47,551 bases of DNA from Octopus bimaculoides (lineage: Eukaryota), in assembly GCF_001194135.2 (NCBI RefSeq), contig NC_069002.1, positions 30,938,748 through 30,986,298 on the forward strand, given 5' to 3'. The position numbers were made by a program, and so were the translations under genes. Under the pieces are notes generated by a model. That model was not told the origin of the DNA, did no database searches, and saw nothing but the letters and a program-made list of their open reading frames with translations. Below are positions 22,754-35,915 of the stretch, one piece after another. Each line of letters starts with the position of its first letter. The stretch's first letter is position 1.

Positions 22754-23010
22754 TATATATATATATATGTGTGTGTATATATCTTAACTATAGTACTCAA
22801 TATTTCTGTAGAGTTAATTATATAAGTCTATCTGAGACCAGCTTACTGAGTTATAACCTTGTGTCAACATTTGCAAACTTTTTTCAAAGCTAGTTCTTTG
22901 TAAGAATAGAAACTGGATATGCTGGTGAAATGCCATAATATTTTGGCATCAAAAAATAGACTAAGAACCAAAATAAGTAACTATGTGTGTATGTGTATAT
23001 ATATATATCT

Positions 23011-23052
<42 letters not shown>

Positions 23053-24280
23053 TTACATATACACACACACAAACATATTCTTTAAACTAATATAATTACT
23101 AAAATTACATTGTGACTACAAATAATTTCTCTTTAATTAAACACTGCCAAAGCAAAATTTGCCTGATTTCCACGACAATGTAATTATACATATGTGGCTC
23201 CCCTTGTGGTCACAGTTATCACAAGGGAGATAATCACTTTATCCTAACCAGAAGCAGGATTAGAACAAGATTACACTGCTGAAATCTTAGAGAATGAAAC
23301 ATCTTTGTAAGTGATGTATAAGATATTATAATTAGTTGTTTTAAATTTAATTTATATTTCATATCATCATTATTATCATTTAATGTCTGTTGTCCATGCT
23401 GTCATGGGTTGGACGGTTTGACCAGGGCTTGTAAGCTGGAAGGCTGCACCAGACGCCAGTTTGATTTGATATGGTTTCTATGGCTGGATGCCCTTCCTAA
23501 TGCCAACCACTCTGAGAGTGTAATGGGTGCTTTTACATACCACCTGCATGGGTGCCATTTGTGTGACAACAGTATCTGCCGCCATGACTGCAATTTTACT
23601 TGACTCAATGGGTCTTCTTCTCAAGCACAGCATAATGCCAAAGGTCTCGGTTGTTTGAAATTGCCTCTGTGAGGCCCACTGAGAATAAAATTTTTAGCAA
23701 ACAAGAAATCTCATTTAGAAGGTAACAGTAGAAGCATCTAGAAATATGTAAATAATATTTCTTTTAAGTGATGTATCTCAAGTGCTAATCCAGTAATAAT
23801 TAATTGCTCATGATACATAGGGTTTTAACCCTAAGTATTTTCCCGTCCCCTTGAATGAGAAAAAGACAGAAAGCTATCTGTACGACTTGAAACACACATC
23901 TGTTGAACTTAGAAAACCGCGGTGCCATAACACCAAAGTAGTTTTCTGAATCTCATTCATCCAAATTAGATACTTTAATCTTAACAGTGATTAAGTAAGT
24001 TTGTTTACATTTAGAATGTAGCTGTAGAATCTTTGAGAACTATGTATATAAGTGTTCAATAAACAATGTAGCTTGAATGCCAGTCCAGTTATAAATGATG
24101 TCACTGGATTAGCATTCGAGATATATTATTTATCAAACACCTATTTATATATTTAAGGTAATTTAAGAAATCTACTTTGTATAATGAGACTAGTTTCTTT
24201 AATTGAATAAATTACATAAATTTGTGAAGAACTCACTTCTCTATCAATTTTTTCTATTTCTAATTATAAAACATAATTAT

Positions 24281-24284
<4 letters not shown>

Positions 24285-24343
<59 letters not shown>

Positions 24344-24667
24344 GCATATTTATGTATATATATAAATATATATATAAGTATATATATAGATACATATATG
24401 TATATACATATACATATATGTATATAGATACATATATGTATATACATATATATATGTATATATATACATATATATATGTATATATATATATACATATATA
24501 TATATGTACATATATATATATGTATATATATACATACATATACATATATATATATATACATATATATATGTATATATATATACATATATATATATGTACA
24601 TATATATATATATGTATATATATACATACATATACATATATATATATGTATATATATATATGTATAT

Positions 24668-24699
<32 letters not shown>

Positions 24700-24732
24700 G
24701 TAATATATATATATATATATATACACATACAC
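24285..24732. repeat. Long compound (TA)n/(TACA)n/(TATG)n microsatellite
   Basis: Direct reading; source of the many IYIY ORFs. Confidence 0.95.
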
Positions 24733-25989
24733 NNNNNNNNNNNNNNNNNNNNNNNNNNNNNNNNNNNNNNNNNNNNNNNNNNNNNNNNNNNNNNNNNNNN
24801 NNNNNNNNNNNNNNNNNNNNNNNNNNNNNNNNNNNNNNNNNNNNNNNNNNNNNNNNNNNNNNNNNNNNNNNNNNNNNNNNNNNNNNNNNNNNNNNNNNNN
24901 NNNNNNNNNNNNNNNNNNNNNNNNNNNNNNNNNTATGCGTGTATATATATATATATATATATATCTAAGTACATGCACATACAACCAAGATCATTATTTT
25001 TTGCTTGTCTATCAAGTTAATTAGAATATTACAGAATATCATGTAGTTAATATTTCTATTGTTACTGCAAACAAGCAACATCTTTGTTTCGGTGATACAA
25101 TAATTATTAATTAATAACACTAAAAGCTATTGTACATCAGTCGGTTCCAATGACAGTCTTTCTTACGCTTTTAAATCTAGAGATAAAACCCCTATTTATT
25201 CCTTATGTAATTTGATAACTATTCAGTGAAAATTTAGTTATGAAAACTTGTCCAAAAATTCCCATAATGCTTATATCCTTGCTAAACCCAACTTAAACAT
25301 TTCAAGACCTAACCCCAATTTCCACCAAACCCTTTAAAGTGCAGCACCTGTAGAACATCCTCCAAACCCCTTTTAAAAAAATCCCAGATACAATACACAC
25401 AAACATTTATACAATATATTCAATTATTTTTTTTTATTTTTAAGGATTTTTTTTCTTAATTTGGTAAGTATTATTTTGACCGCTATTTGGGTGAAGAGGA
25501 AGAGGCCTCTCAGTTAAATGATGAATCTTCCGCAATACGATTGGCTGGTTTGATCAGATGACAAATTCAAGCTATCTGATTGGGCTTCATTTCAAAGTGA
25601 GTTCTACACAGAACAAGCCATCATTTGCAGGAAGTGGATTGCCATTGATTATCATCGAAAGGTATTTGTATTGAGTACTCCAGTTATATAATCTTCTTGT
25701 GCAACAACAAATTCAACTTATTTGAAATAAATACTGAAGTTTTTGAAGAGTTATACAACAAGGGAAATGACTGTTAAATTTGTCATAAATTCCATTTTGA
25801 TTTATACGTTGGATTATAATGAAAAAAAAATAGATATTGAAAAACTAAATAAAAATATAGGTTACAAATAGTTTTTGATTATTTGATTATAAATTGTAAA
25901 TTAATGGATGTTAAATTTGATGCAAATTTAAATTAATTTATTAATGCTGGGTTATAATAAAAATAATAATCTCTGTATAATAATAGGCT

Positions 25990-26860
25990 ATAGTGAACAG
26001 TTAACAGTGTGAGATAAACCTATAGAGAACAGTTAACGGAGGTGAAACATAAACATAGAAAATAATTGTATAGTTAACAATATATCTTTAGAGAACAACT
26101 AACAGCATGAGATAAACCTATATAAACAATTAACAACTTGAATAAGCCTATAGTGAACAGTTAACAGCAGGTGAAACATGAATGTGGAAAATAAATGAAT
26201 AGTGAACGTATAGTGCCTATTATCAGTGGACATGGATGTGAAAGTAAACATATGGTGAAGAATTAATAACCTGTTATAGATAGGACCATAGTGAACAGGT
26301 TGCAGTTTATAATACATAACTGTGGATAAAATACCTGCCAGTTAATAAGAGGGAGATAAACCTGCAGTGAACAGTTTGAAACAGGTGATATGTAAATATG
26401 CAAGATAAATGTATAGTGTACAGTTAACGGTAGGGGACATGTGAATGTGGAAGATAAATGTATAGTGAACTGCTTATAAGAAATAGTACATAGATACGTA
26501 AACCTATAGTGAACAGTTAACAGAGTGTGTTAAAGCTACAGTGGACAGTAAACAGTAGGCGACACCTGAATATGGAAGTTTGCTTTATTTTTAAGATAAC
26601 AAATAAACCTATAATGAACAGTCAACAATATAATTCTAGAGGGAACGGTTAACAGCAGGTGTCACCAGAATGTGGAACATGAATGTTTAAAGAACAGCTA
26701 ATAAGACAGACTGCATAAACCTATAGTGAACAGTTAACAGGAGATAAACTTAAAGGTAACAGTTAGCTGAACGGGGGAGATGAACATATAGGGAACAGCT
26801 TATAACAGTTGACATATAAATGTGTGAGGTAAATATATGGTAAACAGTTAATTACCAAAA
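25990..26860. repeat. Degenerate minisatellite built on AAACCTATAGTGAACAGTTAACAG
   Basis: About 14 recurrences of TATAGTGAACAGTTAAC-like cores with alternating spacers. Confidence 0.8.
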
Positions 26861-28579
26861 ATAGTTAATAAACAAGTGATATATAAAATGCTATGATAAA
26901 AGTGGTTCCTTATGTTCCTACATAAAAAAAACTGTCTCTAAACGAAGATATGCCATAATCTAATCCAACTGTTTATTTTCCTAAACACAACAGACAAATC
27001 CATAAACAGTCAAAATTCTTCAATAATCAAAATTTATTTTAATTTTTGTTTGTATTTTATATATTAAAAAATGAATTTATTGAAACAATTTTATAGAATA
27101 TTGTCATATTTATTGATATTTATCTCAATGCCATCTATTTGGATGGTTTTGGTACAAGAACACTATACAACTGGAGGTTTAGACATACCCTAACTGCCAG
27201 CATGGAACTTGAATTCTTTAACATCCATTAATTATTCTTTTAAATTTCACTAAATTTCATATCACAACATTTACTGTTTTGGCTTCTTTCTGTGAGATAA
27301 TCAGACAAATACCACACAGCTATCTACCATTTCAAATATTGCTGTATATCATGTTTTATGTTACAGACTTTTGTCAAAAAAAAAAAAAAAAAAAAAAAAA
27401 ANNNNNNNNNNNNNNNNNNNNNNNNNNNNNNNNNNNNNNNNNNNNNNNNNNNNNNNNNNNNNNNNNNNNNNNNNNNNNNNNNNNNNNNNNNNNNNNNNNN
27501 NNNNNNNNNNNNNNNNNNNNNNNNNNNNNNNNNNNNNNNNNNNNNNNNNNNNNNNNNNNNNNNNNNNNNNNNNNNNNNNNNNNNNNNNNNNNNNNNNNNN
27601 NNNNNNNNNNNNNNNNNNNNNNNNNNNNNNNNNNNNNNNNNNNNNNNNNNNNNNNNNNNNNNNNNNNNNNNNNNNNNNNNNNNNNNNNNNNNNNNNNNNN
27701 NNNNNNNNNNNNNNNNNNNNNNNNNNNNNNNNNNNNNNNNNNNNNNNNNNNNNNNNNNNNNNNNNNNNNNNNNNNNNNNNNNNNNNNNNNNNNNNNNNNN
27801 NNNNNNNNNNNNNNNNNNNNNNNNNNNNNNNNNNNNNNNNNNNNNNNNNNNNNNNNNNNNNNNNNNNNNNNNNNNNNNNNNNNNNNNNNNNNNNNNNNNN
27901 NNNNNNNNNNNNNNNNNNNNNNNNNNNNNNNNNNNNNNNNNNNNNNNNNNNNNNNNNNNNNNNNNNNNACTTTGAATCAGTTTAAATAGGGAAGCCGAAG
28001 AAAGAAATGATTTGATGCTGTTGGTGTTATGTAAATAGTTTCCTGGAAGGAAGGGGTTCTTAAAGTTTAGTTTTAAAATCTTCAACAACTTAAGACAAAC
28101 GAATGGACACACCACATGTAAAATACATAAGAGTCTATGAAGGCAAGAAAACAACAAATCTGAGATAACTGCATATACAATAATGAAAGAAACCTGAAAA
28201 CACAGTGAAAATATAACAGAACCAACCCTACAAGAAACAAACAAGACATTACAGCAAATCAAAAATAAATATAAAGGGAAAGAATTTAAGTATTCTAAAT
28301 GAAGATGAAGATCTTGGATGTTGTCACCAAATCGACAGCCACATCAATGAGCGTATAACCTAAGTGTCACTGTTAAACCGGGGCCAGATTCAGACCTGTA
28401 GATGCCCTAAGCACTTGAAATATTTTGGTTTTCCCCGATATATATGTAATTCAAAATATAAACAATATTAAACCATGAAATATATCCTTATTTTTCAAAA
28501 TGAAACAAAACTAACAAAAAGATGGAAAATAATGTTTATTTTTGTATATTCTACTTTATTTATATTTGAAAAGTTTCCT

Positions 28580-28772
28580 CATCATCATCATCATCATCAT
28601 CATCATCGTTTAACGTCCGCTTTCCATGCTAGCATGGGTTGGACGATTTGACTGAGGACTGGTGCAACCGGATGGCAACACCAGGCTCCAATCTAATTTG
28701 GCAGAGTTTCTACAGCTGGATGCCCTTCCTAACGCCAACCACTCAGAGAGTGTAGTGGGTGCTTTTACGTGT
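28580..28772 (-). mobile_element. Family D repeat, young copy
   Basis: Reverse complement of 12190-12389, including the (ATC)n tail and the CCATGCTAGCATGG palindrome (28624-28637). Confidence 0.8.
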
Positions 28773-29666
28773 CACCCGCACGAAAACGGACACGCTCGAA
28801 AATGGTGTCTTTTTTTTAATTGCGAAGTCTTTGATCAGATCCTCACCATGACACCATGAACACTTAAAAATTATATTTCCAATGATATAAACTATTCTGA
28901 ATATTATTTTAGCAAGTTTAAAATAATTTCTTTTGTGCTGTAAACCATTTACCATTTCTGTGGTGCCCCTCACTTCCTTTGATGCCCTCAGCATGTGCTT
29001 ACTTTGATTAATGGTTGATCCAGCAGTGCTGTTAACAACAAACTGATTATAAACACATAAAGGTAAAACAGTAAAGTTACCTTCTCAAGTCATACTGACC
29101 CACAAAGACTGGTTTGCCGGTTTCCATGGCGTATGAACCCCCCCNNNNNNNNNNNNNNNNNNNNNNCCCTCGCGACAGAATGCTGGTCTGTCACAGGATT
29201 ACTCATCTTTGCCAGCTGAGTGGACTGGAGCAATGTGAAATGAAGTGTTTTGCTCAAGGACACAATGCGTCACCTGGTCCAGGGATTGAAACCACAATCT
29301 TACAATCAGGAGTCTGAAACCCTAACCACTAAGCCACAAACTTCCACAATATAAATACATAGATTGCAACTGGGTCACCAGAGTCGACATTGAGGGAGTC
29401 TAATGGAGATAAAGAAGGAAATAGAAGAAAACGATACAAAACCGATCTACGTGAGTCAATGTAGATATCAGTTTGTGAGGTTTCATGAAAGAATGAATGT
29501 TACGGAGATCTTCAAGAAATTTTGTCCACAGAAACAAAATAATGGAATATCAGCAAATTGATTTATCGCATCTCATCATTAGCATTGGTGGTATTCGAGG
29601 GAAATCAGATGTGATAATAAGAGTCAGATTTTCTTCTGAGAAAGCTCAAAACAAAGAGCAAGTATA

Positions 29667-30063
29667 CTCTGTTACTCTTTTACTAGTTTCAGTCATTTGA
29701 CTGCGGCCATGCTGGAGCACCGCCTGTAGTCGAGCAAATCGACCCCAAGGCTTATTCTTTGTAAGCCTAGTACTTATTTTATCGGTCTCTTTTGCTGAAC
29801 CGCTAAGTGACGGGGGCATTAACACACCAGCATCGGTTGTCAAGCAATGCTAGGGAGACAAACAGACACACAAACACACACATACATATATACATATATA
29901 TGACGGGCTTCTTTCAGTTTCTGTCTACCAAATCCACTCACAAGGCTTTGGCCGGCCCAAAGCTATAGTAGAAGACACTTGCCCAAGGTGCCACACAGTG
30001 GGACTAAACCTGGAACCATGTGGTTGGTAAGCAAGCTACTTACCACACAGCCACTCCTGCGCC
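29667..30063 (-). mobile_element. Family B SINE, full length
   Basis: Minus strand starts GGCGCAGGAGTGGCTGTGTGGTAAG, has B-box GGTTTAGTCCC and the CORE-like block, and ends TGACTGAAACTAGTAAAAGAGTAACAGAG. Confidence 0.88.
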
Positions 30064-31575
30064 TATATTAGCATAAGATTGAAAAAAAATGAAAAGAAGG
30101 TAAGGAATATTCTTAGTGAAATGTAGAAATAAGGGTCCGACATGAAAATGAAAAAGGGGTTCCAAATAATCAAAGAGTTTAACATCAATAAAAATAAAAA
30201 GGGCATTCGACTTAGTGGTTAGGGAGAGAATAGGTACAAAGACACAAGTCATCTTAGCATGAAACTTTATGGTAGTCTCTCAGATGCGGGAAAAGGATGG
30301 TTTTGCAATTTCTTGCTGAACAGTTTGCACAGATGATCTGTTTATAGTGATCGAATGTGTGTACTCATTCCTTCTATGAATTTGACATTGCTTGATCAGG
30401 TGCACAAATGTCCCACAAGTTAGATGTCAAAATGACAACAGAGAAACATGATATGAAGTGTTTTGCCCAAGAGCACACTGTACCATCTGATCTGGTAATT
30501 GAATCCATTATCTTGTGATTGTGAGGACAACATCCAAACCATTAGGCCATTCGTCCTCACAGTATTAAAACACAGTTTCAACACAGTACATACTAACCGG
30601 AATTTAGTTAAACTGGAAAGTTAAGTCAGAAAAAAAAGGAAACTGTTAACAGCAATTCAAAGTCATCACCCTGAAATGTGATGCAGATAAAGTATAAACT
30701 ATCTCACATGCAGCATTGGTTCATCTGATAGAGTAGAAAACTACTACAAAGTAACAACAGTGGGACTAGAAAAATACTCAGAAATAAGTGAAAGAAAACT
30801 GACTAGTGTAATAAGGAAACAAAATAACAAAGCAATATCAAAAGGAATTTGCCCTTCTATCTGTTAAAGGAGCCACAAGCACTTTCACAGAGATGTATAG
30901 ACATGACAGGAACTTCCACCTACAAAATTCCATCACAAGATTTCAGTTAACTTGTGAACATAGCAGAAGACACTTGCCCAAGGTGCTATGCAGTGGAACT
31001 GAACCTGAAACCATGTCATTGAGAAGTAAGCACAAGGAATGCAATTTTGAGGGAAGGGTGTTTGTAGATTATATCAACTCAAGTATTCAACTGGTTTCTT
31101 ATTTTATTGAACCTGGAGGGACGAAAGATAAAGTTGTTCTTGGTGAATGTAAAGAATTGCAACAAACAGGGAGTTTAATTGTTTCACCACTCTAACAACT
31201 CTGCTAACATCCCCACCCCCTTACAACATATAGAATATAAAATGGTAAAATACAAACTGGAAGCTAACAGCATTGAAGTAAAAGATTTAGATGAGGATAA
31301 AACAATACAAAAAAAATCTAATAGGAAACAATACAAAAAAACTAATAGGAAAAAGAAAATCAAAATCAAAATGAAGTTCTAAAATATACTAACAAGGAAT
31401 TGGAGAGAAAAACCATTCCATGGCCAATATATCACATGACTTGACAAAGTGGAAGTATGCCAGAGTGAATGCCAACAATGGTTCCAGTGCTCTGAGATAA
31501 GCATAGAAACAGGTCTGAGTTAAGCTGCAGAGGATCAATGTCAACTACAAATGATTTTATAGAAATACAATAATT

Positions 31576-31761
31576 GTTTCTTATTTAGGTGCAAGTCCAG
31601 CAATTTTGAGGCGCAAGGGTTTGTTGATTGGCTCCTGGACTTGGGTTCATAGATTATTTTATTGATCTCTGGAGGGGATGAAGCGCAAATTAGAACTTGA
31701 TGTGATTTGAGTTCTGAGAGTAAAGAACCTGAAGAAATATTGCAAGACAATTTGTCCACAA
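31576..31761 (-). mobile_element. Family A SINE with 13-bp TSD
   Basis: TSD AAATACAATAATT at 31563-31575 and 31762-31774. Confidence 0.8.
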
Positions 31762-31898
31762 AAATACAATAATTAAAATAACGATGATAATAATGGCATC
31801 AAATGGAGAGAATGGAACCAACACAATGAGACAGTTGACCCATGTCTTCTCTGGCTGTCCAATTTTTGCCAAGTCCATGCATATTCACAGACACACTT

Positions 31899-32286
31899 GT
31901 TGTTGTTGGCACTCCGTCGCTTACGACGTCGAGGGTTCCAGTTGATCCGATCAACGGAACAGCCTGCTCGTGAAATTAACGTGCAAGTGGCTGAGCACTC
32001 CACAGACACGTGTACCCTTAATGTAGTTCTCAGGGAGACTCAGCGTGACACAGTGTGACAAGGCTGACCCTTTGAATTACAGGCACAACAGAAACAGGAA
32101 GTAAGAGTGAGAGAAAGTTGTGGTGGAAGAGTACAGCAGGGTTCGCCACCATCCCCTGCCGGAGCCTCATGGAGCTTTAGGTGTTTTCATTCAATAAACA
32201 CTCACAACGCTCGGTCTGGGAATCGAAACCGCGATCCTATGACCGCAAGTCCGCTGCCCTAACCACTGGGCCATTACGCCTCCACC
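31899..32286 (-). mobile_element. Family C SINE with 11-bp TSD
   Basis: TSD CAGACACACTT at 31888-31898 and 32287-32297; (CAA)n tail; near-identical to 8553-8940. Confidence 0.9.
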
Positions 32287-32462
32287 CAGACACACTTAAG
32301 GTGACAGTTATGTACTCTAGGCGATGATACATTGTTGTTTTGACATGAAAATGAATAAGTGTTTTGGCGATCGAGACAAATATTATGGTTATTATTGTGA
32401 AAGAAGGGAATGAGAATGTCTATACTCAATTAGACACATCAAACACTACTAACCAAAATATT

Positions 32463-32668
32463 GGTTTCAAATTTTAGCACAATGCCAGCAATTTGGGGGA
32501 GGGGGTAAGTCAATTAGATCAATCCCAATGTTCAACTGGTACTTATTTTATCGACCCTGGAAGGGATGAAAGGCGAATTTGAACTCAGAATGTGAAGATG
32601 GATGAAATGCTGCTAAGCATTTTGACTGGCATGCTAACAATTCTGCCAGCTAGCTGCCCTAAACTGAA
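32463..32668 (-). mobile_element. Family A SINE with 12-bp TSD
   Basis: TSD AACCAAAATATT at 32451-32462 and 32669-32680. Confidence 0.85.
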
Positions 32669-33911
32669 AACCAAAATATTTCCCAAAAGGACTTGAAGAA
32701 ACTGTCAAAGTACAAGGATCTTCAAATTGAAATAAACAGGATGTGGAACAAGCCAGAAAATACAGAACCAACAGCAATTAAAGCATTTGACATGATAAAA
32801 TAAAATCATACAGAAACATACATTCCAGGGTTCATGTTATATATGGTTGAAATGAAAGTTCTACAAAACATGCCCTGCCTCCTACACAAGACAGTTTCTG
32901 TACAATAGCAAAACACAAGCAGTACCACTCTCTGTACACAATACAGGCCCTATACAATAACCACCCAATATGATAACATAGTGCAGTCAACAAATAGCAA
33001 GTAGAATCATTACCCAATAATATAAACTGGGACTCCATCGGTTACGATGACGAGGGTTCCAGTTGATATGATCAACAAAACCTACTCATGAAATTAATGT
33101 GCATGTGGCTGAGTACTCCACAGACACGTGCACCCTTACCGTAGTTGTCAGGGAGATTCAGCATGACACAGAGTGCGATAAAGCTAACCCTTTGAAATGC
33201 AGGTACAACTCATTTTTGCCAGCTAAGTGGACTGGAGCAACGTGAAATAAAATGTCTTGCTTAAGGACATGTGTTATTGGGAATTTGTTACCAACCCGGC
33301 TGAAACCAGTACTGGCTCTGAGTATAAATGTCTTGTTTTCATAAGTTTTGAATAAAATTCTTCCACCAAACCTTGGTCACAATTTATGTTCTTAACACTA
33401 GCCGAATGATAACTAACTTATTTTACTAAATTCTTTGTTATATTTAAAATTAATTGAAAGAAACACAGAGCATCTCAAAATAAATGCAGTAACAAAAGGG
33501 TTAATATCATACAATATACACAGCTCGTATCCTACACAGTTGTTGACTAAACGCTAATTATGCAATGCATATTCTACACAGTCACCACCCAAAACTACAA
33601 CAGATGCACACTTTGCATAATCACACACANNNNNNNNNNNNNNNNNNNNNNNNNNNNNNNNNNNNNNNNNNNNNNNNNNNNNNNNNNNNNNNNNNNNNNN
33701 NNNNNNNNNNNNNNNNNNNNNNNNNNNNNNNNNNNNNNNNNNNNNNNNNNNNNNNNNNNNNNNNNNNNNNNNNNNNNNNNNNNNNNNNNNNNNNNNNNNN
33801 NNNNNNNNNNNNNNNNNNNNNNNNNNNNNNNNNNNNNNNNNNNNNNNNNNNNNNNNNNNNNNNNNNNNNNNNNNNNNNNNNNNNNNNNNNNNNNNNNNNN
33901 NNNNNNNNNNN

Positions 33912-34266
33912 CAGGTACTTAATTTATCAACCCCGAAAGGATGCAAGGCAAAGTCGACCTTGGCAGAATTTGAACTCAGAACATAAAGACACGAAATACC
34001 GCTAAGCATTTCGCTCGGCATGCTAACGATTCTTATTTCTTTACTGCCCACAAGGGGCTATACATAGAGGGGACAAACAAGGACTGACAAACGGATTAAG
34101 TCGATTAGATCAACCCCAGTATGCAACAGGTACTTAATTTATCAACCCCGAAAGGATGAAAGGCAAATTCGACCTCAGCGGAATTTGAACTCAGAACGCA
34201 ACAGCAGACGAAATGCTGCTAAGCATTTCACCCGGCGTGCTAACGTTTCTGCCAGCTCACCACCTT
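33912..34266 (-). mobile_element. Two tandem family A SINEs
   Basis: Two CAGGTACTTAATTTATCAACCCCGAAAGGATG...GAATTTGAACTCAGAAC...GCTAACG modules. Confidence 0.85.
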
Positions 34267-34689
34267 AAGGAGTCCAATATTAATCAGAATGTAATGTGGT
34301 TGTGTCTACAAGGGACTCTATGCATTGCTTTGCCAAGGGGCCTGTACATAACACATACTCTACACCATGACTGCCAAGTACTTTAATATACAGCATCAAT
34401 CGCACAACACTTACAAAACATAAACACAGACTTGCAGAATACAGGCACAGCTCTACATCATGACTGCATCCCCAGATTAACTCAGATGCTCCCAAGGTTA
34501 ACATTACTTAACAACATAATAAGGGCTTCCGAAAATGAGAGTTAGTAGTGTGTTGACCTGTAATAAGAGCAGAGATATTAAGATGGTGGTGGTGGTGGTG
34601 GGCTGTCTCTAGAAAGGAGTAAAGATGAGAGATTTAGAGGCAGTATATGTGAAGAAACAGCATTGATATGGAAGAAACATGATAGAGAG

Positions 34690-35340
34690 GTAAGAGAGAT
34701 CATAGTGAGGGGAGGGGTGTCATAGTGAATTGAGGAACATCATAGTGAGGAAAAACTAATATAGTGAGGGAGAAAATTACATAGGGAGGGGAGAAACATC
34801 ATAATTAGGTGAGAGACATCATAGCAAGGAGAGAGAGAGAGAGATCATAGGTAGGGAAGGAATGTCATAGTGAAGGTAGGGCAAATCATAGTGGGAGAGA
34901 AAACACCAAAGTGAGGAGAGAAGTATCATAGTGGTTTGAAATATATCATAGTGCAGAGATGTCATAGTAAGGGGAGAAACATCATAGTGGAGGTAGAGTA
35001 GATCATAGTGAGAGAAGAAAAATCATAAGGAAGAGATAAATGTCATAGCAAAGAGAGAGACATCATAGTGATAGGAGAAAGATCATAGGGAGTTGAGAAA
35101 GATCATAGTGAGAAGAGAAAGATCATAGTAAGAAGAGAAATGTCATAGCAAAGGAAGAGACATTATAGTAGGAGAAACATCATAGTGATTGGGGAACGTC
35201 ATAGTGAGGAGAAAATTATCATAGTGAAGGAAGAAACATCATAGGGAGAGAAGAAGCATCATAATAAAAAAAAAGAAATATCATAGTCAGGCTAATGACA
35301 TCATAATAAAAAGAGAAACATCATATTAAAGAGGAGGACA
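34690..35340. repeat. Purine-rich minisatellite (~19-21 bp, CATCATAGTGAGGGGAGAAA-like)
   Basis: About 30 (A)TCATAG cores in register. Confidence 0.88.
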
Positions 35341-35781
35341 TTGTTGCAAAGAGAGAAACATGGAATCTTTATAAATGGGACAAAAAGTTCCAGAGCAGAG
35401 CAGACATTCTTATCAAATGGTACCAGGAAAAACCTTGGCAGCTTCAGACAAGAGATTCTGACACCGATTCCAACACCACAATGAAGCTAGGCACTACAAT
35501 ATTTTACTAAGCTGGTCTTTTAGACATCTGCTATAGAATCTGTTCGAAACTAAATCAGATGAAACATTCTATCCATGCTTCAAATTTTATTTTGCTATCT
35601 TGCTGTCAGGATTTTGGTAAGCTTTCCTTGTGTTTAGAACCAAAAAGAGAAGGGAAAAAAAAATATATGCTATTTTTGGTTTTTTTTTTGTTTTGTTTTT
35701 TTTCATGTCTTTATATGAAAATTTTTTATCATGCTGTATTTTTCGAAATTTACATGGGATTCTTTGAAATTTATTTTTCAG

Positions 35782-35915
35782 TACCAATATGGGCTATCAT
35801 ACTAATTTGTGCGGGAGTTTTGCTTTTCTTGGTGTGTGCAGCTTATTGTTGCTGCAAACGTATTTGCCGCAGGAGAAAGAAGAAAGATGGCAAAAAGGGG
35901 CTAAAAGGAGCAGTT
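35782..35915 (+). CDS. Syt1: Synaptotagmin-1 transmembrane exon, 3' end lost in N gap 35916-36200
   Basis: Acceptor TTATTTTTCAG (AG 35780-35781). Encodes (L)PIWAIILICAGVLLFLVCAAYCCCKRICRRRKKKDGKKGLKGAV: TM helix, palmitoylation Cys cluster and polybasic juxtamembrane stretch diagnostic of synaptotagmin I. Confidence 0.93.

Larger units (their letters stand above)
30562..32935 (+). mobile_element. Decayed R4/Dong-clade (restriction-like endonuclease) non-LTR retrotransposon, 3' half, interrupted by SINEs
   Basis: Colinear broken peptides: RKLLTAIQSHHP (30637-30672), VENYYKVTTVGLEKY (30733-30777), WREKPFHGQY...QWF...ETG...AAEDQ (31401-~31540), KWREWNQHNETVD/HVFSGCPIFAKSMHIHRH (degenerate zinc knuckle, ~31800-31895), NISQKDLKKLSKYKDLQIEINRMW (from 32675). 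Order and motifs match the C-terminal half of R4/Dong ORFs. Many stops and frameshifts. Confidence 0.8.

Noticed and set aside
28270-28375. KEFKY...SHINERIT peptide reminiscent of an RTE reverse transcriptase
   Set aside because: Too short and degraded to call without a profile search.
29365-29470. DCNWVTRVDIEG...KRYKTDLRES reminiscent of an RTE LINE C-terminus
   Set aside because: Multiple stops and only weak motif similarity; left uncalled.
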